In this document: piece after piece, positions 46,901 through 55,081 of the stretch
Layout: each line of letters opens with the position of its first letter
Position numbering within the stretch: the stretch's first letter is position 1
From: a virus
Virus record (IMG/VR): IMGVR_UViG_3300050821_006637
Coordinates: 1-64,000 of that record
Reading direction: 5' to 3' (one strand)
Length of the DNA stretch: 64,000 bases
Position numbers and translations under genes: made by a program
The notes under the pieces: model-generated
What the model was told of the DNA's origin: nothing
The model's input: the letters and a program-made list of their open reading frames with translations, nothing else
Databases searched by the model: none

Positions 46901-47465
46901 TAAATTTAATCTAGTACCGGAAACCGTCCTCCGTCTCCAGAATGGAGCTCCAGGCAGTATGCAGAGTTATGTTGAAAACTTTAGAGCAGCGAGTGAAGTT
47001 GACTCAAAAATAGCTTATGGCAATAATCGAGAAGCCCTCCAATGGGCTTGGGTTTTGGATTACTTGACAGGAAACACAGATAGACATTTAGGTAATCACG
47101 GAATAAATGAATCTGGAGAATTAGTGTTGATAGACAATGGTTTGAGTATGCCGAGCAGAACAGCACGATTTGAAAGAATGTTTGAGTACCGAGCGGCGAA
47201 TATCCTTGCCCAAGGTATTACTAAAGATATAAAGCTGCCCGATGTCGCTTCCATCAAAGATAAATGGGCGACACTTGAAAAGATATTCATAGAATGTGGA
47301 ATAGATGAAAGGGCGATAAATTTGGCTAAATATAGATGGAACGATTTAGTTCTATTCTCTGGTCGTGCGTGTAGAGACGTTCCGTCTCTTTCTGGTAATA
47401 CGACTATGTACGGAATGTATACGAAACAGATAGACCTATTGAAAGCAAGAGGGATAAATGCTTAA
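43902..47465 (+). CDS. Polyvalent effector protein: GNAT acetyltransferase-like domain and C-terminal HipA/PI3-4-kinase-like domain
   Basis: LKPQYRNNGEGS...NGVTTWPLLGYD (GNAT motifs A/B); LGKGENGA, RREIA, LVPETV, GSMQSYV, LDYLTGNTDRHLGN, LIDNGL. Confidence 0.85.
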   Translation: MNFLSLKEIEFRLKETDNPEWIERATPLLKEAFRQWRHLHSKSASRSPQGKEMASVHPSPYSKMLYSKKARPKVTFTGRQTDAQGRQTCFRGGKHAPCEEFGGQNQGWTGVEQEHLQKEGEKDLETTEIEQKKPKLPEKVGENPQIQQPEQPEAEERAKIQPNPSKVEGFTEEQPEQVKTTEEPKKPLPSSPSTKPISKFKISSENAKLNPYFDDGYWEEIKESIRGLISSGSESSIQTQDITQDQTAGILASFVGAPPNSTIQVFDVSQKSGGRYTTLDVTNPMFKNCVRTLLVRSNGTKEIRNEELVLKPQYRNNGEGSNIFYAQVQNAAAYGFSEISTSAGSGRDMNGVTTWPLLGYDASIQELFDGLRNPESYDYFKRIFPNAYSISEIIESPEVPLSKDQLRQVNYSLASLAQWRGLPYTKKNVVNGRDWWKAFIQQSRHLTISVDMTFNLHEGSTSRRILEAYMKQRQRRTKAMDMPKEDYEDINLAPWEEEALERAWDSLDKQTYGQKGLPPLPDQTETTLKSPPKVPQSRFHSFFHEHKALGERKAPPAPGKYPSDLNVSKVTSNPLPNAHPPGEQPPPVPENSVQHGAPDTAALQQIERLVGERGQGTGLAHEIRAHQVDASILQQFQAHGVASLTDLSSFLRQQGEADSANLTEFHDDESPFVVLSQPQQQISGQNAPSVVVGKPYDRVIHLLEEAFPGVHFLPVEEAANQLKEAAQSNPLPAAKSFGQKSNSVVDNTNTKLPRMPSHQTQSTSKPGGAQQQPQQAPTQAPQAVQPVQQAIPAPLAQTQSTTHFQPQIQQPVEQSAQPLNQASVEPIQQIEAPLTGTQDSGALNLSPEGPNAYYDYASASLYGEKMAEQAQKLYEQQGLPYEEAASLAKDAYNQAVDEWNQARWNEKGMNEAPLPEGETLTSLTTEIGRFLSTAPEVKKEKLGKGENGAWNVEVEGGYRGVQKLGRDEAFDAERTTGIKSGTMYRREIATSSVAKAILGDKFNLVPETVLRLQNGAPGSMQSYVENFRAASEVDSKIAYGNNREALQWAWVLDYLTGNTDRHLGNHGINESGELVLIDNGLSMPSRTARFERMFEYRAANILAQGITKDIKLPDVASIKDKWATLEKIFIECGIDERAINLAKYRWNDLVLFSGRACRDVPSLSGNTTMYGMYTKQIDLLKARGINA

Positions 47466-47712
47466 AGTTCCTTTCTATAAGAATGCAAACTTCGCCCAGG
47501 AACTAATAGGATGGATTGTCCTTCGAGATAATCACCTCTCTGTCTATCCGTCTGATGCCCTGTCTCTGAAAGCCATCTTAGAGGGTCCTGTCATCAATAA
47601 AGATAACGAAGTTATCCTGTCGACAGAGGACCCCGAAGCCTGGTTGAAGGCACTTCCTCTCTTCTATCGCGGTTCGTACTTCTGGGCTGGCAAAGCCGAA
47701 GAGGAAGAGTGA
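47458..47712 (+). CDS. Small protein coupled to the kinase domain; putative immunity protein
   Basis: 8-nt overlap with the upstream gene; C-terminal WLKALP..YRGSYFWA similar to LLQKML..LQGMWWA. Confidence 0.6.
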   Translation: MLKVPFYKNANFAQELIGWIVLRDNHLSVYPSDALSLKAILEGPVINKDNEVILSTEDPEAWLKALPLFYRGSYFWAGKAEEEE

Positions 47713-47802
47713 TGAAGACTAAACATTTCTTGCCTTAAACATCACATCTAATCTATCGTTCCTATAGGGTCTTTCTTTTCTTCCTATTAGGAGACTATAG
47801 CC

Positions 47803-48027
47803 GTGCCTCAAATTAATCCACAGACTGGAATCCCAGAACCTTTGTCGCAGACTCCGGAGGAGAGTTTTCGAGCGACTTTGGACGACGTGATTCTGGTTAT
47901 TCAAAAGTTGGCTCCACTCAGTGCCGATTTGGATAGTTTGGTTGAAACTCTTCAATTCGCACTGAAGAATGATTCTCAGTTGAATATGATTCTTCATTTG
48001 GTTCGTCCGGTGGGGTTGAAAAGGTAA
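47803..48027 (+). CDS. Hypothetical protein
   Basis: AGGAGA RBS, GTG start. Confidence 0.6.
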   Translation: MPQINPQTGIPEPLSQTPEESFRATLDDVILVIQKLAPLSADLDSLVETLQFALKNDSQLNMILHLVRPVGLKR

Positions 48028-48100
48028 ATTACTAATAGAGGGGTGCTTGGTTGCTATACTATAGTAGGGTTTCAGCAATTTCCTATTATAGGAGACAATC

Positions 48101-49162
48101 ATGCAGGCAACAAAGAGAACTGGTGTTTATCTTTGGAAGTGCTTAGTGTCTGGGAAATGTTATGTTGGAAGTGCTTCTATCTCTTTTAAGGACAGGAAGA
48201 AGAGTCATTTAAGTGATTTACGAAGGGGAATTCATTATAATCGGTATTTTCAGGCTGCTTGGAATAAGTATGGTGAAGACACGTTTGAGTATTGGGAATT
48301 AGAAGTATGTCCTCCAGACCAGTGTATTGAAAGGGAGCAGTATTGGCTAGATTTGTATCAGGCAGCTGATTCTAGATATGGGTACAATTTATCCCCAACT
48401 GCTGGAAACTGCCGTGGCGTCATAAAAAGTGAGGAGGCAAGAGCCAAGCATTCCGTATTGATGAAGAAAAGATATGAAGACCAAGAAGAAAGAGAAAAAA
48501 CAAGGCTCTGCACAAAAGAGGCATATGACGACCCTGGGTTAAGGGGAAAGATTTCTCAAGCAGTAAGAGCAGCAAATGAACGACCAGGGATTGTAGAGAA
48601 AAGGGCTGCTGCGGTTAAAAAGTCTTATGAGGACTTCCCTCTTCGTAAGAAAAAGAAGGCTGAAGAAGGTCTAGAGAATTGGAATAAGGCAACAGAAGAG
48701 GAGAAGAAAAGTCGGTTATCTGGTCTTGTTGCTTGTTGCACGGATCCAGAACTCAAGAAGAAGAAAACTGAAGCCGTTCGTGCTGCTTGGGAAAATAAAA
48801 CAGATGAAGAGAAAGCGGCTTACGCAGAAAAGAAAAGAAAAGATTTATCCAGTCCAGAGGTAAGGAAGAGGATTTCTGAAGGATGTAAGAAAGGCTGTGC
48901 TATACCAGGACAAAAGGAACGGAAATCTAAAGCCACTGCCGAAGGATGGAAAGACCCTGAGAGTAGGGCGAAGAGGATAGAAGGGCTTAAAAGAGCCGCT
49001 GCCACTAATAAGAAAGCGGCGGAAAAGCGTGTCGCAGGGATTAAAGCAGCCTGGGCAGACCCTGAGAAACGAGCGAAGCGGTTAGCGGCTATTAAAGAAG
49101 GTTGGGCGAGAAGAAGAGAAAGATTAAAAGAAGAGAAAACCAAGGTTCCAAAGGATGAATAA
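48101..49162 (+). CDS. GIY-YIG homing endonuclease with basic helical repeats
   Basis: TGVY..KCYVGSA..R...H, EREQYW, YGYN; repeated (W/Y)xDPExRxK. Confidence 0.9.
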   Translation: MQATKRTGVYLWKCLVSGKCYVGSASISFKDRKKSHLSDLRRGIHYNRYFQAAWNKYGEDTFEYWELEVCPPDQCIEREQYWLDLYQAADSRYGYNLSPTAGNCRGVIKSEEARAKHSVLMKKRYEDQEEREKTRLCTKEAYDDPGLRGKISQAVRAANERPGIVEKRAAAVKKSYEDFPLRKKKKAEEGLENWNKATEEEKKSRLSGLVACCTDPELKKKKTEAVRAAWENKTDEEKAAYAEKKRKDLSSPEVRKRISEGCKKGCAIPGQKERKSKATAEGWKDPESRAKRIEGLKRAAATNKKAAEKRVAGIKAAWADPEKRAKRLAAIKEGWARRRERLKEEKTKVPKDE

Positions 49163-52100
49163 AGAAGTTCTATCTCTGTTAGATGCAAGGGAAAAGGATT
49201 TCCCTTTCCTCGACTCGAGTCAATATAGTTACAAATTAGCAGGAGGATCATACGGGCATGACGTCCCAGTCGCCATTCGAGATTTGGATATAGATGAAAA
49301 AACGATGAGCCTGTGGATTCCCGTTTGTGACGGCAATCGCAGAGATGGAGTAGGAGATTTGCTCGATGTCCTTGGAATTGACACTTCTAGGCATAAAAAG
49401 AACCCCATATGTTTATTAGATCATGGGAAACAGATTCCACTTCCAATTGCAAGAGCCAGAGAAGACCCCAAAGATGAGGAATCTTACACCTTTCGAATAA
49501 ATCCTGGGGAAAAGACGGCAGGATGTAGGGCATATTTTTATCAAGGAAAAGAGAATTGTGATGAAGTATTAGGATGCAAACAATTTGAGCACGGGATTCT
49601 ATGTCACCAATTGTTCCATATGGCGGCAAACGGGTTTTTGAACTCAGGTTCCATAGGCTACCAAATAATTTCTGCCGACCCACTTCCAGAAGATCCATAT
49701 CGTGGCATACCACGAGGGATGCATCTACAAAGGATACTTGCCCTCGAGAATTCTTTAGTCGTTTTGCCGGCCTCTCAGGATACTGTAGGAAAGTCCACTA
49801 ATACAGATGTATACCCCTACTCCGCCAAGCACTTGGAGGCTTGGGAATACACCCAAAAATCTCGCATCTGTGGCTCCCCTCCCTCCCCCTACTTAATCAA
49901 AGCCTTCAGTTCCTTCGCTCCTCCTCATAAGGCACAAGTGGTAGGTGGCTATGATTCTAAAGGAATGAGAACTATTATAGAAGATAGTTCTGGTAATCCT
50001 AGAGTCACTTCTAAACCATTAGGGAAAGGAGGAGTTGAAGATACTGCAAAGGATTTGTCTATTCATACAAAGTCGGCAGAAGCAATATTACACGGAAAAC
50101 CACACCCCCCAGGATGTAAATGTGCCAAGTGTATCAAGGAACTCCCATCCAAAAAGTCCTGTTCTTGTGATTCCTGCTCCAAAGGTCACTCGTGTCCTTG
50201 CGACACGAAAACCAAGGGAGTGAAGGACTTAGAGAATCAACCTGCTTCTGCTCTTCCTGAGAAGCCGACGACGAAGCCTGTTCCCACGTCACAATCTGCT
50301 CCGGGTTCTCCGCAACCAGCACAGCAGACGAAAACACCGAAACAGGCTGCGAATGTAGGACAACAGACTCCTCGTAACTTAACTCCTGCTCCTGCTCCAG
50401 TTCCTTCTCAACAGCAAGGACAGGCATCGCAGCAAGCGTCCGTTCAAAATACTCCACAAGGACAGATAATAAATCCAGTTACGCCTAATGCCGCTCTCTC
50501 TGGCCTAAGTACTGGAGCAGTGGAGATACCACAAGGGCAGCAGATTCCTCTCGCTCCGGTTCCTACTTTCAATCCTGCTCAACCTCAAAGAAATCCTGTC
50601 CAAAACACACCGCAAGGACAGACCCCTCCGCCTCTACCGAAACCAAAGTATCCCTACTCTCTACCTGTTCCCCCTGGTCAGCAAGCTGAACAAGCTCCAC
50701 AAACCTCTGGTCCTCCTCCACTTACGCCTGAAAGACTTGCGGCTACGCAAAGAACGAATTTCAACCCCAAGAATCTTCATCTGAAGAAAGTCGATTACTC
50801 CAAGTTAACACCAGAGCAAGCGACGAAGAAAGCCACGCAAGCGGCTCTAGCTGCTGGTGCGAATAAAAAGCAAGCACAACAGATTGCGAAGCAAGTCGTA
50901 GAACAGATGAAGAGGATGGGGAATAGACAACATCGTCAACAGCGGAATGCTAGATGGACGCCCCAAGGACCGAAATCCTTGGATATGAATTTCCATATCA
51001 AGTCTCTCCGCTCTAAATATGGAAAGAAGTCCTTACCGAATACAGGTAGGAAGTTTGAGGCGACGCCAGATGGGTCTTCACTTACACCGAAACTTCGTGG
51101 TGCCCCCAAGGTTCCTGGTCCCAAGCCAGTTGGAGAAGGTGCTTCACAGACACCTCCTGTCACTCCTAAACAAGACCCTACTTTCAAACCAGTGAAAGAA
51201 ACACCACCAGGAAATATTGAGGCGTATAGAAACGTCGGTGACGCCTCCAGTGGTGCATCAAATAACGAATCTAGAGAACCTCTCACGGAAGGAAGTATTC
51301 TGCCAGAGGAAGGATTTGAAGAATACCAGGAATGGACTCCAGAGAGTAATGAAGTAGGAGAGGAAGGAAGTGGAGAAGCACAAGAATATTTAGAACCAGA
51401 CCACATTGATTTATGGATAGGAAATCACGTAGCCAATCTTGTGGATTCTGGTGCCTTAGAAAATTGGAATAAGGAAGATGGTTTTGATGCCTCTATTACA
51501 GAAATAATGGATCAAATTAGTGACGAGGCAAGAGCAGAAGGGTTTGAGGGTGAAGAATATATCAAGATTATGGATGGGGTAATAGAAAACCTTCGGCTCG
51601 TATGGCTTGATACATTTGGAGATTGGGGTGGTGAAGGAATCGGACCTTTTGAAAAATCCCTCCGCTCCAAATATGTGAACAAAGATTCAAAGAAAGAAAA
51701 GAACCCTCCAGCCAGACGAAATAAGAAGACTGCCAATCGTCATATGGCAGCAGGAATAAATTCTGCTTTGGATAAAAGTGCTGGACTTAAACATCTGGGA
51801 GTTCCTAGTATGAACATAGGGAACATAGGAATCAAATGGTTAGATAAAAAAAGTCTTCTGGGACTACGAGACAAGTATAAGACGGCGAAGGGAAGACTGA
51901 AGCGACACAGGAAAGGTTCCCCTTCCAAGGCTTCTGTCCACGTATCCAGTAAAGACCTTGATAAATTAAGAAAAGACGCCGAATCTAAAGGCGTTGCCGT
52001 CAAGTGGAGAAGTGATGATGGAAAAGGGATGGCGAAAGTCCTTTTAGAAGGTGATGGCGGCGTCATAGAAAAGTTGGCGAATGCTCACGGGAAACTGAGG

Positions 52101-54998
52101 AAGAAGAGTCTTATGGGTAGTGAAGCCAAAGACTTTACTGATACGAAGAAGCCTTTGGGACCGATTGGAACCCTTCCAGGTACTACTCCAAGCCGTGAAA
52201 GAGAAACCCTCCAGGAAGCTCCTCTCACCGAAGGTGAGTTAAGTACGGAAAGACCTGGCGAGCCAGAAGCAACGGATGTATTGACAGCCCATAAAGAGGA
52301 AAAGAATATGAAGGTGAAGACGAAGGCTGCCGACCCGTTGACGGACCCCAATATGCCTCTCCCAGAAGAAGGAACGGAAGATTCCCTCCCCCTTGAGGGA
52401 AACCCAGACCTCGGTGCCACAGATGAGATGGGTGGAGACCTTGGTGATGAAGAAGACTTAGGTGATATGGGTGGTGATGAGTTTGATATGGGTGGACTGG
52501 ATGAAGGTCCCGAAGCTGGTGGATTAGGCGAAGAGGGTTCTGGCGAAGAACCCTACGGAATGCAGGTGATGCGTCGTCTGTGGGATGACACCGCTGGTCT
52601 CCTCCACGAGTATGACCAGTTTATGGAACACTTGGAAGACGAAGCCACTCGTGGTCTCCTCCAGTCAATGCTTGAGTATCTGTCTTCCCACTTGGAACGA
52701 TTGGAAAGCCACGTAGCCAGTCATCCTCGCTACGGAGAATTTCCGGGTCTTGGTGGTGAAGAGGGTGAAGAAGGAGCCGAAGGGGAGATGGGTGAGGAGG
52801 CTCCTGGCTTGGAACCAGAAGAAGGTGAAGACGTAGAAGCCTCCAGTGGACAGAGAGAAGAGCCGACACCAGAAGAAGCTTTGATGGGAATGGCACCAGA
52901 TGCCGCTCAAGGTATTCCTGGTCCTTTTAAGAGTTTAGGAAGCGTGAAGGGTCGCTTAACGAAAGAGCAATACTTCGCTCGTGTCAAGGCTTTGAAAGGT
53001 CTTCACAAGACGAAAGCCATTGATGGCGGAGAGATGCCGCACGATGACGCCTCTTCAACCCAAGGTGAAATCCAAGGGATGAATGAAGAGGCGACGAATG
53101 GAGCCGAGACTCCTCCTGGCTTTGACCACGAGCATAAGAACCTCACCACTCTCGCTACGCTCGCTCGTCTCCGTAAGGATTTGATGGGAATGGGCGCTGG
53201 CGACCAGGAGGGTGAAGAAGAATTGCAGAAGCGACTGTCTCTCATCTCTAAGATTAAAAAGATTGAGTCCTTGGTGACAGACAAGGCGGAAGAGATTCCT
53301 GGTAAAGAGAGTGAGATTATCACTGGGCAGACTGGAAAGAAGTCACAGCCTAGTGAGCATACGGATTTGACTCCTGAAAAAGCGGGACGAATGTTAGAAG
53401 AGAATGAAGCTAACGGAGAACCTTTAACCAAGAAGCAACGCGGCTTCTTTGGAGCGGTACGCGGGAAGAAGGATAAAAAAATGAGTAAGAAGTCTTTGCT
53501 GCAAGAGCGGGTCTCCCTGCGTAACCGCTGGAAGGCCATCAAACAACTCCACGCCAAACATCTTGATGAAGTTAATCAAGAGAAATCCCTCATCTCCTCT
53601 ATGTATAAAGGACTTGAATCCAAACAGGATATGAAGTCCGTGCAAGAGAAGCAATGGCTCCATAAAAGATTCAAGGCTCTTGAAAAGAACCTTGACCCGT
53701 ATTCTCAAGAGAAGACCTACATCGTCTCTCGCTTCAAGGACTTGAACTACTCCTTGAAGAAAGAATACAACTGGGAACCTGGAGCGGAAGACAAGAAGGC
53801 GAATGATACCGTCAAGGCTTTCGCCAAGAAGTTCAACTCCAACCACAAGAATCTTTTGGGTGAGGCGAGGAAGTTTCTCACGGAACTCAAGTCTGTCTCC
53901 CCAATGGCTTTCGGTGACCCGCATCGCCAAGAAGCGTACCACCTTTCCAAGTGCTTGCACCAGATTATCGGTGATGTTTGTGGGAAAGGTTCCGTCCAGG
54001 CTGGATTGCAGAACTTGGCTAAGACGCTCGTCACAGAAGAGATGCCTGCGGAAGTTGGGAATAAGCCGAAGGGACCTTCCAAATACAATCCTAACGGCGA
54101 GCCGATGCAGCAGTGGGAAGAGTCGGAATCCGTCGTCAAGGGTAAGAAGAATGTTTCTTACGAATTCCCAGAACTTGCCAAAGAGAGGGAAGAAGTAAAC
54201 GTAGAGCACCCGAACTCCAATCCACAGGCGAAGCCACACGATGAGCATATGCCATACCACGAGGGAGAGCATCTTCCCATCGGTGGTGTGAATGCGAAGG
54301 GAATTGGCGAGCGAGGTAGCTTCCCTGAGATGTGTGAGGAAGATGGTGTTGTCAACCTCACCGACCCGAAGGGACCTTCCAAATACTCTCCAGGCAAAGA
54401 ACCCCTCCAGCAGTGGAAGGAAACCCTCGTCAAAGGTCTCCAGTCCATCGGTCAAACCGCCAACTTCTTTAAGATGCTGTCGTATAAGAAGGACTTCGGC
54501 GACGATGACCAGGAGATGGCTGGGAAGTTCGTCCTCATCCTTGCCCCCATTGAATCCCTCGCTGGTCATCTCGGTATGGAAGCCGAGGAAGGACTTGAGG
54601 GATTAGAAGAAGGTCCCTTCGGTATGGATGAAGGGTTAGAAGGTGAGTGGATGGAAGAGGAGATGGAAGAGCCAGAGCACGCTGACATCGCTAATGAAAT
54701 GGGCGAAGAGATGGGTGGAGAGGGAACTCCTGGCGAGTTGATGGAGGAAGAAGAGGGTGAAGAGGAAAATGAAGAGGAGGCTGCACACCCAGAGGCTCCT
54801 GGTGAGATAGGTGAGAAGAAACAGAAGAGCCTCGCTCACGCAACTACGAAGGAAGGTTCCAATGGCAAGATGCCTAAAAGGGGTGGAATGAGTGAGAAAG
54901 ATTTGAATGGTGTGATGACGGACAATATGCACCAGACACAGACGCTTTTGAATCTGCAACAGAGTTTACAGAACCTGTTGTCGAGATTACCGAATTAA
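49155..54998 (+). CDS. HK97-type prohead protease with about 1730-aa C-terminal extension (scaffold/cargo polyprotein)
   Basis: RDGVGD, NPICLLDHG (His), SGSIGY (Ser), LENSLVVLPA within the first ~210 aa; directly upstream of the capsid gene. Confidence 0.85.
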   Translation: MNKEVLSLLDAREKDFPFLDSSQYSYKLAGGSYGHDVPVAIRDLDIDEKTMSLWIPVCDGNRRDGVGDLLDVLGIDTSRHKKNPICLLDHGKQIPLPIARAREDPKDEESYTFRINPGEKTAGCRAYFYQGKENCDEVLGCKQFEHGILCHQLFHMAANGFLNSGSIGYQIISADPLPEDPYRGIPRGMHLQRILALENSLVVLPASQDTVGKSTNTDVYPYSAKHLEAWEYTQKSRICGSPPSPYLIKAFSSFAPPHKAQVVGGYDSKGMRTIIEDSSGNPRVTSKPLGKGGVEDTAKDLSIHTKSAEAILHGKPHPPGCKCAKCIKELPSKKSCSCDSCSKGHSCPCDTKTKGVKDLENQPASALPEKPTTKPVPTSQSAPGSPQPAQQTKTPKQAANVGQQTPRNLTPAPAPVPSQQQGQASQQASVQNTPQGQIINPVTPNAALSGLSTGAVEIPQGQQIPLAPVPTFNPAQPQRNPVQNTPQGQTPPPLPKPKYPYSLPVPPGQQAEQAPQTSGPPPLTPERLAATQRTNFNPKNLHLKKVDYSKLTPEQATKKATQAALAAGANKKQAQQIAKQVVEQMKRMGNRQHRQQRNARWTPQGPKSLDMNFHIKSLRSKYGKKSLPNTGRKFEATPDGSSLTPKLRGAPKVPGPKPVGEGASQTPPVTPKQDPTFKPVKETPPGNIEAYRNVGDASSGASNNESREPLTEGSILPEEGFEEYQEWTPESNEVGEEGSGEAQEYLEPDHIDLWIGNHVANLVDSGALENWNKEDGFDASITEIMDQISDEARAEGFEGEEYIKIMDGVIENLRLVWLDTFGDWGGEGIGPFEKSLRSKYVNKDSKKEKNPPARRNKKTANRHMAAGINSALDKSAGLKHLGVPSMNIGNIGIKWLDKKSLLGLRDKYKTAKGRLKRHRKGSPSKASVHVSSKDLDKLRKDAESKGVAVKWRSDDGKGMAKVLLEGDGGVIEKLANAHGKLRKKSLMGSEAKDFTDTKKPLGPIGTLPGTTPSRERETLQEAPLTEGELSTERPGEPEATDVLTAHKEEKNMKVKTKAADPLTDPNMPLPEEGTEDSLPLEGNPDLGATDEMGGDLGDEEDLGDMGGDEFDMGGLDEGPEAGGLGEEGSGEEPYGMQVMRRLWDDTAGLLHEYDQFMEHLEDEATRGLLQSMLEYLSSHLERLESHVASHPRYGEFPGLGGEEGEEGAEGEMGEEAPGLEPEEGEDVEASSGQREEPTPEEALMGMAPDAAQGIPGPFKSLGSVKGRLTKEQYFARVKALKGLHKTKAIDGGEMPHDDASSTQGEIQGMNEEATNGAETPPGFDHEHKNLTTLATLARLRKDLMGMGAGDQEGEEELQKRLSLISKIKKIESLVTDKAEEIPGKESEIITGQTGKKSQPSEHTDLTPEKAGRMLEENEANGEPLTKKQRGFFGAVRGKKDKKMSKKSLLQERVSLRNRWKAIKQLHAKHLDEVNQEKSLISSMYKGLESKQDMKSVQEKQWLHKRFKALEKNLDPYSQEKTYIVSRFKDLNYSLKKEYNWEPGAEDKKANDTVKAFAKKFNSNHKNLLGEARKFLTELKSVSPMAFGDPHRQEAYHLSKCLHQIIGDVCGKGSVQAGLQNLAKTLVTEEMPAEVGNKPKGPSKYNPNGEPMQQWEESESVVKGKKNVSYEFPELAKEREEVNVEHPNSNPQAKPHDEHMPYHEGEHLPIGGVNAKGIGERGSFPEMCEEDGVVNLTDPKGPSKYSPGKEPLQQWKETLVKGLQSIGQTANFFKMLSYKKDFGDDDQEMAGKFVLILAPIESLAGHLGMEAEEGLEGLEEGPFGMDEGLEGEWMEEEMEEPEHADIANEMGEEMGGEGTPGELMEEEEGEEENEEEAAHPEAPGEIGEKKQKSLAHATTKEGSNGKMPKRGGMSEKDLNGVMTDNMHQTQTLLNLQQSLQNLLSRLPN

Positions 54999-55081
54999 TT
55001 TTCACGGAAGCAAGTTCGAACGGAGACGGAATGTCGGTCCCAACTTAGAGGCCGGGGCCGGAACAGAAAGAGAAGAAGAAG

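Noticed and set aside
53424-54569. 381-aa minus-strand ORF
   Set aside because: Antisense shadow of the codon-biased protease extension.
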